Positions 19,041-29,189 of a DNA stretch of 64,000 nucleotides are shown piece after piece. The stretch is from positions 12,777 to 76,776 of the forward strand of contig CAZUHV010000003.1 in the NCBI GenBank assembly GCA_964620965.1. The letters run 5' to 3'. A model generated the notes under the pieces. That model was not told the DNA's origin. It made no database searches and was given only the letters and a program-made list of their open reading frames with translations. Numbering within the stretch: the stretch's first letter is position 1; each line of letters opens with the position of its first letter. This DNA is from an uncultured Pseudomonadales bacterium (GTDB lineage: Bacteria; Patescibacteriota; Microgenomatia; UBA1400; PJMF01). The position numbers and the translations under genes are program-made.

Positions 19041-19781
19041 AAATACTTCAGTATTATTATTCCAACACTTAATGAGGAAAAAAATCTTCCAGTTCTACTA
19101 ACTGATCTTAAAAACCAAACATTTATAGACTTTGAAGTAATACATGTTGATGGACAATCAGAAGATAAAACAACTCAAGTTACACAACAATTTTCAGAAA
19201 AAATAGATATAAAAACTGTAACGGCAACAAAAAGAAATGTTTGTTATCAAAGAAATTTGGGATCACAACATGCTACAGGAAAATGGCTTATTTTTATGGA
19301 TGCTGACGTACAAATAAAAAGTACTTTTTTATCGGAAATTCATAAAAAACTTTCTCTTAAAAACCACGATATTTTTATTACTTTTTATGATCCAAATATC
19401 AACAAAATAAAATACAAAATACTAACAAGTTTTATAAATTTTTTAACTTTTTTTTCTCAAAAGTCAGAGCTTCCTTTTGTTACAGAGTCAGTATTTGGGA
19501 TTAAATCAGAAATTTATAGAAAACTTGGTGGTTTTGATGAAACCATTAAAGTAAATGAAGGAAAATTCTTTGTCAATATAGCAAGAAAACAAGGCTACAC
19601 ATTTAGTATTTTTAGAACACCAAAATATCTTAATTCCATGCGAAGAGCAGAAAAAATGGGATTGTTACAGATGCTCAAGAACAACTTCGTTCTTGCATCA
19701 AAAATAATTGCAGGAAAACAAATGAAAGCTGAAGACGTTAAAGATTTATATAAAATGGATGGTGGATCCTCTTATAAATAA
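19035..19781 (+). CDS. Family 2 glycosyltransferase (paralog of 17241..18104)
   Basis: FSIIIPTLNEEKNLP...HVDGQSED...FMDADV, about 50% identical to the upstream GT2 over the N-terminal half. Confidence 0.75.
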   Translation: MQKYFSIIIPTLNEEKNLPVLLTDLKNQTFIDFEVIHVDGQSEDKTTQVTQQFSEKIDIKTVTATKRNVCYQRNLGSQHATGKWLIFMDADVQIKSTFLSEIHKKLSLKNHDIFITFYDPNINKIKYKILTSFINFLTFFSQKSELPFVTESVFGIKSEIYRKLGGFDETIKVNEGKFFVNIARKQGYTFSIFRTPKYLNSMRRAEKMGLLQMLKNNFVLASKIIAGKQMKAEDVKDLYKMDGGSSYK

Positions 19782-19782
19782 T

Positions 19783-21678
19783 TTAGAAATTTTCCAATTC
19801 TACAATTGTTGTTGCATCAGTCCAGTTCTTATCATCTCTAAAATCAATGAGGCGAGGAAAGCGCAAAGCAACCCCAGCAGAATGCGTTGGAGATTTTGTA
19901 ATTTCATCTGCGGCAATTTCTACAACAAGTTCTGGTTTCATCCAAACATCAGGAATGAGACTTTTTTCTACATCATACTCAGCAGGTTTTGCTTGTGTTG
20001 CTAGTTCATCTCCACGTATTTTCAATTCTTTAAATTGTTCATCACTTAAACCCGTTCCAATTTTTGCAATTGTTTTAATTTCTTGTTTATCGTTTAAAAC
20101 TCCAACAAGAAAAGCTCCAACTCCAAACTGAGATCGTTTACCGCGACCAAAATAATATCCCATTACAATTAAATCTAATGTATCTTTTAGCTTTCCGTAT
20201 GTGCCTTCTGTTTCTTTGATTTTGACCCAACTCCAACCCTTTCTGCCACTTTGATAATGGGAATCTACTTGCTTAATAACAGCTCCTTCCAATCCTTCAT
20301 GCAATTTTTTTTCATGGAATTGATGTAGCTCTAAATCATTTGAAGTAACAATATAGTCTGCAAAAATAAGTATTCTATTTTCTTTAAAAAGTCCTTTTAG
20401 TAAATCTTTTCTTCTATGCAAATTTTCATTAATATAAGATGTATTACCCGAAAATAATACGTCAAAAACATAAAACCTAATTGGCACTTTCTGTGAAGCC
20501 TCTGCAACGTCATGCTTACGTTTTCTTGTAATTGTGGATTGAAATGGTAGTAGTTCTCCACTTTGAGAATCATAACCAATTGCTTCAGAATCGAGTATAC
20601 AAGCATCTGTCTTAAGCACAGTTCCAATGTCTAACAATTCTGGAAACATGTGTGTCACTTCCTCTAAGTTTCTCGTAAATGCTCTCACATGCGTACCATC
20701 TTCAAAACCTTTTTTTGAATAATGAATTTGAACTCTTAAACCATCATACTTAGGTTCTGCAATAACGGTTCCCATTTTCTCAATAATCTCTTTTGCAGTA
20801 TTTAAACGCTGACACAATGCAGGAATAACTGGAATTCCAACTTGGACCTGATATTTTTCTGTTAATTTTTCTGCTATTATTTTTTGATTTTCTATACTAA
20901 GCTTATGACTTTTTTCTGAAATCGAGTCTTCTTCTTTAGGCCAATCATCTTGCTGTTGTGCAAGTTCTAGGTAAACTTGCCCCAATTCGCCAACATCAGC
21001 TCGTTTTTGATATGCATCTTCCAAGAGTTTTCTATGCTCTTTTGAATGAGTCACTGCCCAAGAAAAAGCATCTAGAATTGTCATTGCGCTAAACCCAAGC
21101 CGTAATTTTCCAACAATAATTCTAGTAATAAACTTTGCTGAAATTGGAGCAGCAAACTTAAGCAAAGAAATTAATTTCTGTAGTTTTCTTTCTTGTGAAC
21201 CAGTTCCAGATTCTTTTGCAATCTCGACTAATTTTTCGTACACAACTAAAATAGAAAATTCATTTTCATCATTTTTTTCAGATTGCATTGAACTCTCAGA
21301 TTGTATTAAGCTTTCGTGAAAACCTTGCACTATTTCAAAAGCCACTTCCCCAATATCTCCAGAAGACTTGTATTTCTTTGTAACTGTTTCAAGTGAAGAT
21401 GAAATGTCTGTGTCACCAAAAAGACCTAATCCTTCTCCAAAGCTTTCAGAAAACTCTGAATGAATAGTTGCCAAAGCCTTTAACACTGTTTTTATACTTA
21501 ACTGAAATTCAAGAGACAAATATGCAGGGACAAGGCTTCCTTGCATCAAATAACTTGCTGCTTTAATCTCTGAAACATCTATTTGTGTATATAAATCTGC
21601 AAGTTGATACATCATCTCTAAACGAGAATCTGTTTTTTCTAAATTTGCTAATTTTTCTGAGAAAAGTTTAAACTGCAT
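19783..21678 (-). CDS. ATP-dependent DNA ligase
   Basis: Motif I AEPKYDGLRVQIH (KxDG). Downstream adenylation and OB-domain motifs are present. 631 aa. Confidence 0.8.
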   Translation of the reverse strand: MQFKLFSEKLANLEKTDSRLEMMYQLADLYTQIDVSEIKAASYLMQGSLVPAYLSLEFQLSIKTVLKALATIHSEFSESFGEGLGLFGDTDISSSLETVTKKYKSSGDIGEVAFEIVQGFHESLIQSESSMQSEKNDENEFSILVVYEKLVEIAKESGTGSQERKLQKLISLLKFAAPISAKFITRIIVGKLRLGFSAMTILDAFSWAVTHSKEHRKLLEDAYQKRADVGELGQVYLELAQQQDDWPKEEDSISEKSHKLSIENQKIIAEKLTEKYQVQVGIPVIPALCQRLNTAKEIIEKMGTVIAEPKYDGLRVQIHYSKKGFEDGTHVRAFTRNLEEVTHMFPELLDIGTVLKTDACILDSEAIGYDSQSGELLPFQSTITRKRKHDVAEASQKVPIRFYVFDVLFSGNTSYINENLHRRKDLLKGLFKENRILIFADYIVTSNDLELHQFHEKKLHEGLEGAVIKQVDSHYQSGRKGWSWVKIKETEGTYGKLKDTLDLIVMGYYFGRGKRSQFGVGAFLVGVLNDKQEIKTIAKIGTGLSDEQFKELKIRGDELATQAKPAEYDVEKSLIPDVWMKPELVVEIAADEITKSPTHSAGVALRFPRLIDFRDDKNWTDATTIVELENF

Positions 21679-21708
21679 AGTGACCTAAGTGTAGCATCAG
21701 AAAAAAAA

Positions 21709-22806
21709 CTATTCTACTAATTTATAGTGCACACCTTTAGTAACACCGTGTTTGCTGATAATATTTTTTTCAATTAAGTCTTTAACATCACGCAAAATTG
21801 TGTCTACGGAAACATTTGGTAAAACTGCTTTCATATCATCTGAAGTAACTGAATCTTGTTGTTGAAATAGTTCTAGTAAAATAATTTGGCGCTCAGAAAG
21901 AGCAACCTGTTCACCAAGTTGTTTTTTCAGTTTCAGATCTTTAGACAACCTCATGACCTGGTTTTTCACTTTTTCAACTTCAATTGCAAGGCCGTAACAA
22001 AAATATTCTAACCAATAGGTTAAATCAGCATCTTGTGTTTGTTGCACAGATAATAATGCGTTGTAGTAAGCTTCAACATCTCCATCAAAATACTGTTCTA
22101 AAGAAAAGAATCGCTTAAAATCATACTCTGATAAATATAAAAGTAATGTTGCCATCGCACGAGCAGTTCTTCCATTTCCTTCAATAAATGGATGTATGTG
22201 CACAAGTTGATAGTGAGCAATTGCTGCACGTAAAATTGGATGAGTTATATTGAAGTCTTCAGATTTTACCCACTCAAAAAAATCCTGAATTAAAAAGGGA
22301 ATTTCCATAGAAACTGGAGGTCGATACACAATTGCAGAGTTTGTTGCACTACTTACAATAACCTGTTTATCTCTGTATACACCAGAATATGAATCTTCAA
22401 TAACACGAGCAACCGTTAATTTATGTAAAATTTTCAATGTATTTTCTGTGAAAACTGTTTTAATATCTCCAGTTCGTTGTTTTTCTATCCAAGAAATAAC
22501 GTTACGATAATTTAAAACTTCTTGAATATCTCTGTCTCGAGCAAGAATTCCAGCTTTTTGAGCAATTTGTTGTGAATCAACTTCATCTCCCATTCGCACG
22601 ATTTGTTGTGCTTGCTCTTTGGTTAAATCATTTCCTTCAATTTTTGTACCAAAATGAACAGTTCTCGTAAAAGCTTCGTCTCTAAACTTAGCCTCCCATG
22701 CAGGAACTAAAGGAGCATGATCTATCATTGCTTTTGCAGCTTCGATTCTTGAAATATAAGTCAGTAGGTTATTGGTGATTCGAAAATTAGGTTGATACAT
22801 ATCCAT
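21709..22806 (-). CDS. Fic/DOC-family protein (probable adenylyltransferase)
   Basis: Fic motif HPFIEGNGRTARAM. Confidence 0.8.
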   Translation of the reverse strand: MDMYQPNFRITNNLLTYISRIEAAKAMIDHAPLVPAWEAKFRDEAFTRTVHFGTKIEGNDLTKEQAQQIVRMGDEVDSQQIAQKAGILARDRDIQEVLNYRNVISWIEKQRTGDIKTVFTENTLKILHKLTVARVIEDSYSGVYRDKQVIVSSATNSAIVYRPPVSMEIPFLIQDFFEWVKSEDFNITHPILRAAIAHYQLVHIHPFIEGNGRTARAMATLLLYLSEYDFKRFFSLEQYFDGDVEAYYNALLSVQQTQDADLTYWLEYFCYGLAIEVEKVKNQVMRLSKDLKLKKQLGEQVALSERQIILLELFQQQDSVTSDDMKAVLPNVSVDTILRDVKDLIEKNIISKHGVTKGVHYKLVE

Positions 22807-22936
22807 TTTGATGAAGTTATAATTTTTTTGAGGACTTCATATACGCTTGAGAAAGTATACAGTATTGTTGCAAAATTTGCAGGGATAGTTTGTGAAGGTT
22901 GAAAGAAACAAAAAAAGATTTAAAAAGAGATAAAAA

Positions 22937-23743
22937 TTAATCAATAATTTCTTGCCAAAGTGATTTAGGCACTTGCTCTACTAAGTCTGAAGCATTGAAA
23001 AACGGACCAACAGCTTTATATAACTCATCTCCCGCTCTTTTATTTACAAAACTTGCAATTGCAGCAGAAACTTGTGCAGTATTAGTACAATACAAAGCTG
23101 CAACAAGACCAGCCAACACATCTCCTGTACCACCTTTTGTCATGCCTTCATTTCCACCTGTGATAATTACTTGTTTTTTTTCATCATTTTCAAACCAAGT
23201 AACAATATCAGTAACACCTTTAAGTAAAATTGTTAATTTCTTTAAATCCAGCTGAACATCTACAGAATCTGCTTTTTGTAGCAAATCCTCCATTTCTTTA
23301 GCATGTGGAGTAATAATATGATTCGAATTGAACAAACTAGGATCTATCATTTGTAATGCACCTGCATCAATAACAAATTTTTTTTCTGGATATTTTGAAA
23401 CTAAAAGATTTACTAACTGTTCTGTTTCTGCATTTCTTTCCATTCCCGGACCAATCAAAATACAGTCGGCCTCAACAATGTACTCTTCTAAAGAATCCCG
23501 CTCTATTACTATGCCATTCCAAAATTCGCTTTTAGCCATCTGAATAAGCTCATTATTTTCTAAAACTGATGAATAAAAAACCATATCAACAATTTTTGAA
23601 GCAACATCTAAACTCCATTTACTTGCAGCATGAAATAATTTTGAGCCACCAATAAGAAGCAACTTTCCATTCTGACCTTTATGAGAATCTTTTTTTGGCA
23701 AATGAAGCTGCTTGAAGAATTGTTGTATCTCTGATTCGTTCAT
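22937..23743 (-). CDS. ADP-dependent NAD(P)H-hydrate dehydratase (YjeF C-terminal domain, carbohydrate-kinase fold)
   Basis: LLIGGSKLFHAASKW...GPGM...GGNEGMTKGGTGDVLAG motifs. Confidence 0.75.
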   Translation of the reverse strand: MNESEIQQFFKQLHLPKKDSHKGQNGKLLLIGGSKLFHAASKWSLDVASKIVDMVFYSSVLENNELIQMAKSEFWNGIVIERDSLEEYIVEADCILIGPGMERNAETEQLVNLLVSKYPEKKFVIDAGALQMIDPSLFNSNHIITPHAKEMEDLLQKADSVDVQLDLKKLTILLKGVTDIVTWFENDEKKQVIITGGNEGMTKGGTGDVLAGLVAALYCTNTAQVSAAIASFVNKRAGDELYKAVGPFFNASDLVEQVPKSLWQEIID

Positions 23744-23755
23744 ATTTTTATTTTT

Positions 23756-24916
23756 TTATAAATAAATTACTTCAATATTATCTGTTGCTTGCCTAATATC
23801 TTCAAGTACCGCAGGCTCTGTTGTAGTTACTACAGACTGATAATTCTTTAAAACGCTTAAAGCAAGCGCTTTACTATCATCATCAAGCTCAGACAAAATA
23901 TCATCCAATAATAGAAGCGTATTTTCATGAGATTGTTGTTTTAAATATTCCAACTCACAAAACTTGAGCCACAAAACACCAAGACGTTGTTGGCCTCTAG
24001 AACCAAAAGCATCTAAACGAAGTTTGCGTCCATTTTTTTGTAAAAATACAATGATATCGTCTTTATGAGGTCCAATTAACGTATGCCCTGCAGCAATTTC
24101 TTTTTGTTGGTATTCTTGGATACGTGAATCAGAAATAATTGAAGGATCATACTCAATGCTAAAATTAACTGGAAACTCTACATTCGAAAATGAATCTAGA
24201 AACTGTTTTCTGTATTTTTGTAAGACAGTTCCATTTTTAACTAAGTTCATGTTCCAATATTGCAGCACTGTTGCAGGTTGCTTTTTTTCTCTTATTAGTT
24301 GTAACAGTTTGTTACGACGTTTAAGCGTTTGCTCATAATTTTTTAGCGAAACTTCATAGTCTATATATAGTAGTGATAAAACTGTATCTAGATAACTGCG
24401 TCGACGAGCCGGAGAACCTTCAATTAATCTCATATCTTCTGGTCTAAAAACTACAGTATAAAATTTACCTGTCGCATCTTTTTTTCTTCGGCGCACTCCA
24501 TTTACACTAAACAATCTTCCTTGAGTTCTTTTGCCATTCACGACTCCTCTTGTAAGGATTATTTCTACTTCGTCAGTTGGAGTTGAATCTTTACTTGTTA
24601 TTCTTATACTATTTTCTGCATTTGTTTCAATTGCTGTTTTTTCATCTACTAATTTTTCCCCGCCTACTTTTCTATTTTTGGAACTTGTATCTAAAATGAC
24701 GCCTTTCACCCTTGAAAGTTCACTGTCAAACTCAATCATTTCATCAACTTTTCCAGCTCGAAAACTGTTTCCTGTAGATAACAAATTGAGTGCCTCGACA
24801 ATACTAGTTTTTCCAATAGCATTAGAACCAATAATCACAGTCGTATTTTCTGTAAACTTTAAAAAATAGTTTTTGTGAATTCTAAAATTCTGTAAAGCTA
24901 TGCCTGTTAGTATCAT
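23756..24916 (-). CDS. recF: DNA replication and repair protein RecF
   Basis: Walker A GSNAIGKTSIVEAL, SMC-like signature and Walker B LLLLDDILSELD. Confidence 0.85.
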   Translation of the reverse strand: MILTGIALQNFRIHKNYFLKFTENTTVIIGSNAIGKTSIVEALNLLSTGNSFRAGKVDEMIEFDSELSRVKGVILDTSSKNRKVGGEKLVDEKTAIETNAENSIRITSKDSTPTDEVEIILTRGVVNGKRTQGRLFSVNGVRRRKKDATGKFYTVVFRPEDMRLIEGSPARRRSYLDTVLSLLYIDYEVSLKNYEQTLKRRNKLLQLIREKKQPATVLQYWNMNLVKNGTVLQKYRKQFLDSFSNVEFPVNFSIEYDPSIISDSRIQEYQQKEIAAGHTLIGPHKDDIIVFLQKNGRKLRLDAFGSRGQQRLGVLWLKFCELEYLKQQSHENTLLLLDDILSELDDDSKALALSVLKNYQSVVTTTEPAVLEDIRQATDNIEVIYL

Positions 24917-25800
24917 TGCCTATACGGTATCATAAAGCGATTATGAATACACTAGAGATCTCAGCTCAAGAAATCACAGCATTTCAAAACTTCATACTTC
25001 GGTTTTATCAAAAACATGGAAGACATGAACTCCCCTGGAGACAAACTGACGATCCATATTTGATTTTAGTTTCAGAACTCATGCTACAACAAACTCAAGT
25101 CAACAGAGTTGTTCCAAAATATTTGACATTCACCAAAGCCTTTCCTAATATACAAACACTAGCAAATGCACCATTAAGTGAAGTTCTAACTCTCTGGCAA
25201 GGATTAGGATACAATCGAAGAGCAAAATTTTTATGGCAACTTGCACAAAAACTCGTAGAAAAAAAACTTCACAAGAATCAAAACTCAAAAACTAATAGCT
25301 TTCCAGAAACAGAAACTGAACTACAAAAACTTCCTGGAATCGGACCATATACTGCATCGGCAATCACTACCTTTGCTTACAATAATCCGGCAGTAGTTAT
25401 AGAAACAAATATTAGAACTGTTTTTTTGCACCATTTTTTCCCAAACCAAGATAAAATTTCAGATTCAGATTTGCTTCCTTTAATTCGACTGGCAATTCCA
25501 AAAACAAATCCAAAAGAATGGTACTGGGCACTCATGGATTATGGTTCATATTTAAAAAAAGTCTTGCCCAATCCTTCAAGAAAAAGTAAACATCACACTA
25601 AACAAAGTAAGTTTAAGGGTTCACTGCGGCAAGTTCGTGGCGAAATTATTAAATTATTAATAGAGTTTGGCCAATTACCAATTACAGAACTGCAAAAAAA
25701 AATCACTGGAAATAAATTATATTTTCCAGAAGCTTTAGAACAACTACAAACTGAAAAGTTGGTTATTAGTTCTAAAGATGATCTGTTTCGTTTGCCCTAG
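24916..25800 (+). CDS. HhH-GPD DNA glycosylase, MutY-like N-terminal domain, apparently lacking the Fe-S cluster cysteines
   Basis: ELPWRQTDDPYLILVSELMLQQTQV...LWQGLGYNRRAKFL...LPGIGPYTASAI. No Cys residues occur in the C-terminal 120 aa, where the C-x6-C-x2-C-x5-C loop would be expected. Confidence 0.65.
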   Translation: MPIRYHKAIMNTLEISAQEITAFQNFILRFYQKHGRHELPWRQTDDPYLILVSELMLQQTQVNRVVPKYLTFTKAFPNIQTLANAPLSEVLTLWQGLGYNRRAKFLWQLAQKLVEKKLHKNQNSKTNSFPETETELQKLPGIGPYTASAITTFAYNNPAVVIETNIRTVFLHHFFPNQDKISDSDLLPLIRLAIPKTNPKEWYWALMDYGSYLKKVLPNPSRKSKHHTKQSKFKGSLRQVRGEIIKLLIEFGQLPITELQKKITGNKLYFPEALEQLQTEKLVISSKDDLFRLP

Positions 25801-25855
25801 CCTTTTACAAACAACATGCAAATTTGATATTATTTTGATATATCAAAATAATAGA

Positions 25856-26065
25856 ATGCAAAATAAAAACCCAGAAAAAAAGAACTTTAAACAAAAATTG
25901 AAAGAAAAAAAAGTACTTTTACTTCCTGCTGTTGCGCTTGCATTAACACCTGCAATCATTTATCTAATCAACAACCCAGAATTTGCAAAAAATGCTGGAA
26001 AAGTAGCGCTACTTTTTGTAATTGCACTAATCGCCTACGCAAATGCCCAGCGAGGAAATTGGTAA
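25856..26065 (+). CDS. Hypothetical small membrane protein
   Basis: Internal Met of ORF 25778..26065, with two hydrophobic segments. Weak support. Confidence 0.3.
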   Translation: MQNKNPEKKNFKQKLKEKKVLLLPAVALALTPAIIYLINNPEFAKNAGKVALLFVIALIAYANAQRGNW

Positions 26066-26082
26066 CTGGCATTCCTTAATAG

Positions 26083-27849
26083 TTACTTCTTCTCTATATT
26101 AAAAAATGCTCCACCACAACTATTCCCAGACCATTGTGGAATTCTCAAATTACCTGGTGCACGAAGGTTAAATGCTTTACAAAACTGGTCACCACTCATG
26201 CTTACCCCATTAATAGAAATTGAATTCGTTCTACCATCTCCTAAAGTAACAGAAACACTATTTGCAGCAGAAATTCCTCCATACTTACTTGCAACATCTT
26301 TAAGCTCACCTAATGAATATGGGTTTCCTCCCCAACACTCAGTTGTAACAGGGCTAATTCTTTCTGTTTCTCCAGAATTTCCTTTAGTCAAAACCAAGTG
26401 AGCATTCACAATATCTGCCATCTCTTCTGGACTTAACCAAGGATTTGACCTTCCACAAGTAGAACCACTCGCTGTATATCCAGCTCTCCACCAAGCTTTA
26501 TATAACCAAGGTGAGCCTCCAATATTTTCATAGGCTTTATCAATAAAATTACTCCCACCCCCACCATCTGTAGTATCCCAGCTTCCAGTTGTTGACCAAC
26601 CGCCATGTGTTGAGGCGTAGAACGTTGTTACATCTTCCAGAACTTGACCTTTTGTCTGATCAACAGCATCTTTCCATGCTTGGGGAGGATTATCTGATTT
26701 CGACTTATTAAATACCTGGCAGCTCTCTGTTGTACAAATCGTATTTCCATCTTTTTTATATCGCAAAGCAAATGTACGAGCTGCAACAGCCTGAGCTTTT
26801 AATGCCTCACTATGCCAACTTGATGGCATTTCAGCAATTCCATATAAATAAGTTGTTTCAAAATCCATAGATCCATAGCCAGAAACTGAAATATTCCCAC
26901 TAGTTTCTCCAGATTTATCTACTGGTTCCTTTCCAAAATACTCATTGAGAATTTGTTTAAAGTTCTGCCCAGATTCAGCACGACCACGTGCTCCATATTG
27001 ACTCATCCCTTTTCTATGGCTATATGCTCCAAATGAGAAAATTGCAAAATACCCTCCTGGTGCCTGCTCTCTAAATCCTTTGATTGATGCTAAATAGTCA
27101 TCCGCCAACTCAATATCACCTATAGAAGCAGTAAATCCACCACTCCTTGCATTTATAATTTCTTGCTGTCTTGCAGAGAGATCTGCAATCTTTCCTGTTA
27201 ATTCCTGTTGGTAGTCTTTTGCTTTACTAATTTCCACTTTAAAAAACTTCGCTTGTTCGTCTAGTTGTTTTTCTAAAGCAGCAAGCTGCACTTGATTGTC
27301 GGCAAGTTTTTGTTTATCTGCTTGTAAATTAGCAATATCTTCACCAATAGCTTTGATAAACTGATTATCCTGATTTTTCACAGATTCTCTATATGCTAAG
27401 TCTTTTGAAAGGTCTGATGCCGATTCGCTAGCTAAAACCGCAATTAGTGGAGAGTATGTCCTGAGGCGTTTATACTGTCGTGCAATTCTTCTGGAAAAAA
27501 TCTGGTACTGAACTGAAAGATCCTTTTCCCTTTGCTCAATTTGTTCTGCTAAATCCGCTTCTTCTTGTTTCGCTTTTGTAATTGAGAATCGTGCATTTGA
27601 AATTCTTTTTTCTAGTGAACTTACTTCTGCTTCCAAAGGTTTTGTTGCATCTTCAGAAAGTCGCTTGAGTTTTTCTAGTTCGTCAATTTGTTTTTGAAGT
27701 TCTTCAACCTCATCTGCAAAAACTTGTCCAACTAGAGAACTTAAAAAACTAAAATTGAAACGACTTGTTTTAGAGAGAAAACTCAGTTGTATACCTACAA
27801 TAATAAGCAATACCAAAAACAACTGAACCATTCTTTTCAGTTTATCCAT
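26083..27849 (-). CDS. SpoIID/LytB-domain protein with a long N-terminal coiled-coil
   Basis: Signal anchor, then about 200 aa of heptad-rich sequence, then a SpoIID-type region ...SWHSEALKAQAVAARTFALRY. Confidence 0.7.
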   Translation of the reverse strand: MDKLKRMVQLFLVLLIIVGIQLSFLSKTSRFNFSFLSSLVGQVFADEVEELQKQIDELEKLKRLSEDATKPLEAEVSSLEKRISNARFSITKAKQEEADLAEQIEQREKDLSVQYQIFSRRIARQYKRLRTYSPLIAVLASESASDLSKDLAYRESVKNQDNQFIKAIGEDIANLQADKQKLADNQVQLAALEKQLDEQAKFFKVEISKAKDYQQELTGKIADLSARQQEIINARSGGFTASIGDIELADDYLASIKGFREQAPGGYFAIFSFGAYSHRKGMSQYGARGRAESGQNFKQILNEYFGKEPVDKSGETSGNISVSGYGSMDFETTYLYGIAEMPSSWHSEALKAQAVAARTFALRYKKDGNTICTTESCQVFNKSKSDNPPQAWKDAVDQTKGQVLEDVTTFYASTHGGWSTTGSWDTTDGGGGSNFIDKAYENIGGSPWLYKAWWRAGYTASGSTCGRSNPWLSPEEMADIVNAHLVLTKGNSGETERISPVTTECWGGNPYSLGELKDVASKYGGISAANSVSVTLGDGRTNSISINGVSMSGDQFCKAFNLRAPGNLRIPQWSGNSCGGAFFNIEKK

Positions 27850-27978
27850 ATTGTTCGTATTGTACTTAGAATAGGGCTAAATATCTACTTACGTAACTAT
27901 AACAAACATACTCATTTGGTATGCATTTGTACTCTGGCATGTATTTAATTTATACAGTACAATATAACTACTTGAAAT

Positions 27979-29187
27979 ATGAAGAAAATACTACATATTT
28001 TTATTGCTTTTATTTTTCTTAGTTTTGCATTTTTTGGTGGAACAAAACAGGCGTATGCACAATCTGCTTGTACTTCGGCAATCAGAGCAAGCTTTAGTAT
28101 GAGTAACTGGGCTCCTTCATATGGAGGATCTTTTTTGGCAGGAGTAGATGCTTCCCCAGTAAACCCAACATTTTCTGGTTTAACTGCTAACAGCCAGTAC
28201 GTATTAACTTGTCAAAAAAAACAACTGTTTGGTTGGAGTTCTAATTTGGCCTCTTGGAATTTTTCAGCTAATGCAAGTGGAACTGGGACTGTTAATATCT
28301 CTAACAACAGTGTCTGTTGGGAAGACAAAGATGATTATCGGTTAATGATTGTTATCCAGTCAAGCGGTGCCAGTTGTCTAGTCCAAGAATATGAGGTTCT
28401 TGATCAATCAGAGGGAGTACGGTGTGTTACTAAAAGTGCAACAAACGCAAGCGGTCAATCTGGATGTTTTGAACAAAATGAACAAATTAATTGGAGTTTT
28501 GAAGTCGTTAATGGAGACGGAACTCCATATACAGACGAATTAATGGTGAGAACAACAAATGTTTATGGTGGAGGACTTGGGGCAGGCAGGATATTCAGTA
28601 ACCCTTCTGGGGTCATTACCGGCACTGATACTGCGATAGAGCTATATGAAGATGTCCCTGAAGATTACAACACAAGTATTGTTTACACAGTGTTTGCTGA
28701 AGCGGATATTCAAAAACAAATTGCAAGTTGTACTTTATATGCAGGGAATGTAAAACAGGACATGTGTACAGAGGATGACTATGAAAATGGGGCCACTCCT
28801 GGAGTAGACACCTTTTCACTTTGTGACCAAATTCCTGAACAATTTGAGGAACAAAAAACAAGCTGTAAAATCTGTACTGAAGGTGAGGGTGAAAACGAAG
28901 CTAACAAAGGTGTCTGGACAGCAATAGGCTGTATAAAAAGAGAACCTCAAGCGATTATGCAAAGACTTATTACAGTTGGACTAGGTATTTCTGGAGGTGT
29001 CGCCCTTCTCACTTTCCTTGCTGCTGGATTCATCTTTAGTACCTCACAAGGAGATCCAAAAGCTTATGGAAAAGCCAAAGAAATGATGACCGCCGCTATT
29101 GTAGGAATAATTTTTGTAATATTTTCAGTAACAATACTACAATTCATAGGATATGAGGTACTCAAAATACCTGGATTTGGTGGATAA
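27979..29187 (+). CDS. Secreted Cys-rich protein with a C-terminal T4SS-pilin-like (VirB2/TrbC-type, CPR pilin family) two-helix domain
   Basis: The signal peptide ends AYAQ. An ectodomain of about 300 aa follows. The C-terminus ...GISGGVALLTFLAAGFIFSTSQGDPKAYGKAKEMMTAAIVGIIFVIFSVTIL matches the conserved core of the pilin paralogs at 40.7-44.3 kb. Confidence 0.6.
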   Translation: MKKILHIFIAFIFLSFAFFGGTKQAYAQSACTSAIRASFSMSNWAPSYGGSFLAGVDASPVNPTFSGLTANSQYVLTCQKKQLFGWSSNLASWNFSANASGTGTVNISNNSVCWEDKDDYRLMIVIQSSGASCLVQEYEVLDQSEGVRCVTKSATNASGQSGCFEQNEQINWSFEVVNGDGTPYTDELMVRTTNVYGGGLGAGRIFSNPSGVITGTDTAIELYEDVPEDYNTSIVYTVFAEADIQKQIASCTLYAGNVKQDMCTEDDYENGATPGVDTFSLCDQIPEQFEEQKTSCKICTEGEGENEANKGVWTAIGCIKREPQAIMQRLITVGLGISGGVALLTFLAAGFIFSTSQGDPKAYGKAKEMMTAAIVGIIFVIFSVTILQFIGYEVLKIPGFGG

Positions 29188-29189
29188 TT

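Noticed and set aside
19759-20131. Plus-strand ORFs 19759-20004 and 19847-20131
   Set aside because: They are antisense inside the well-supported DNA ligase gene, with Cys/Ser-rich nonsense translations.
19783-22806. DNA ligase plus Fic toxin-like gene as a possible mobile or integrative element
   Set aside because: No integrase, recombinase, transposase, flanking direct repeats or tRNA-adjacent att-like sequence is visible. Both genes have ordinary local context and codon usage.
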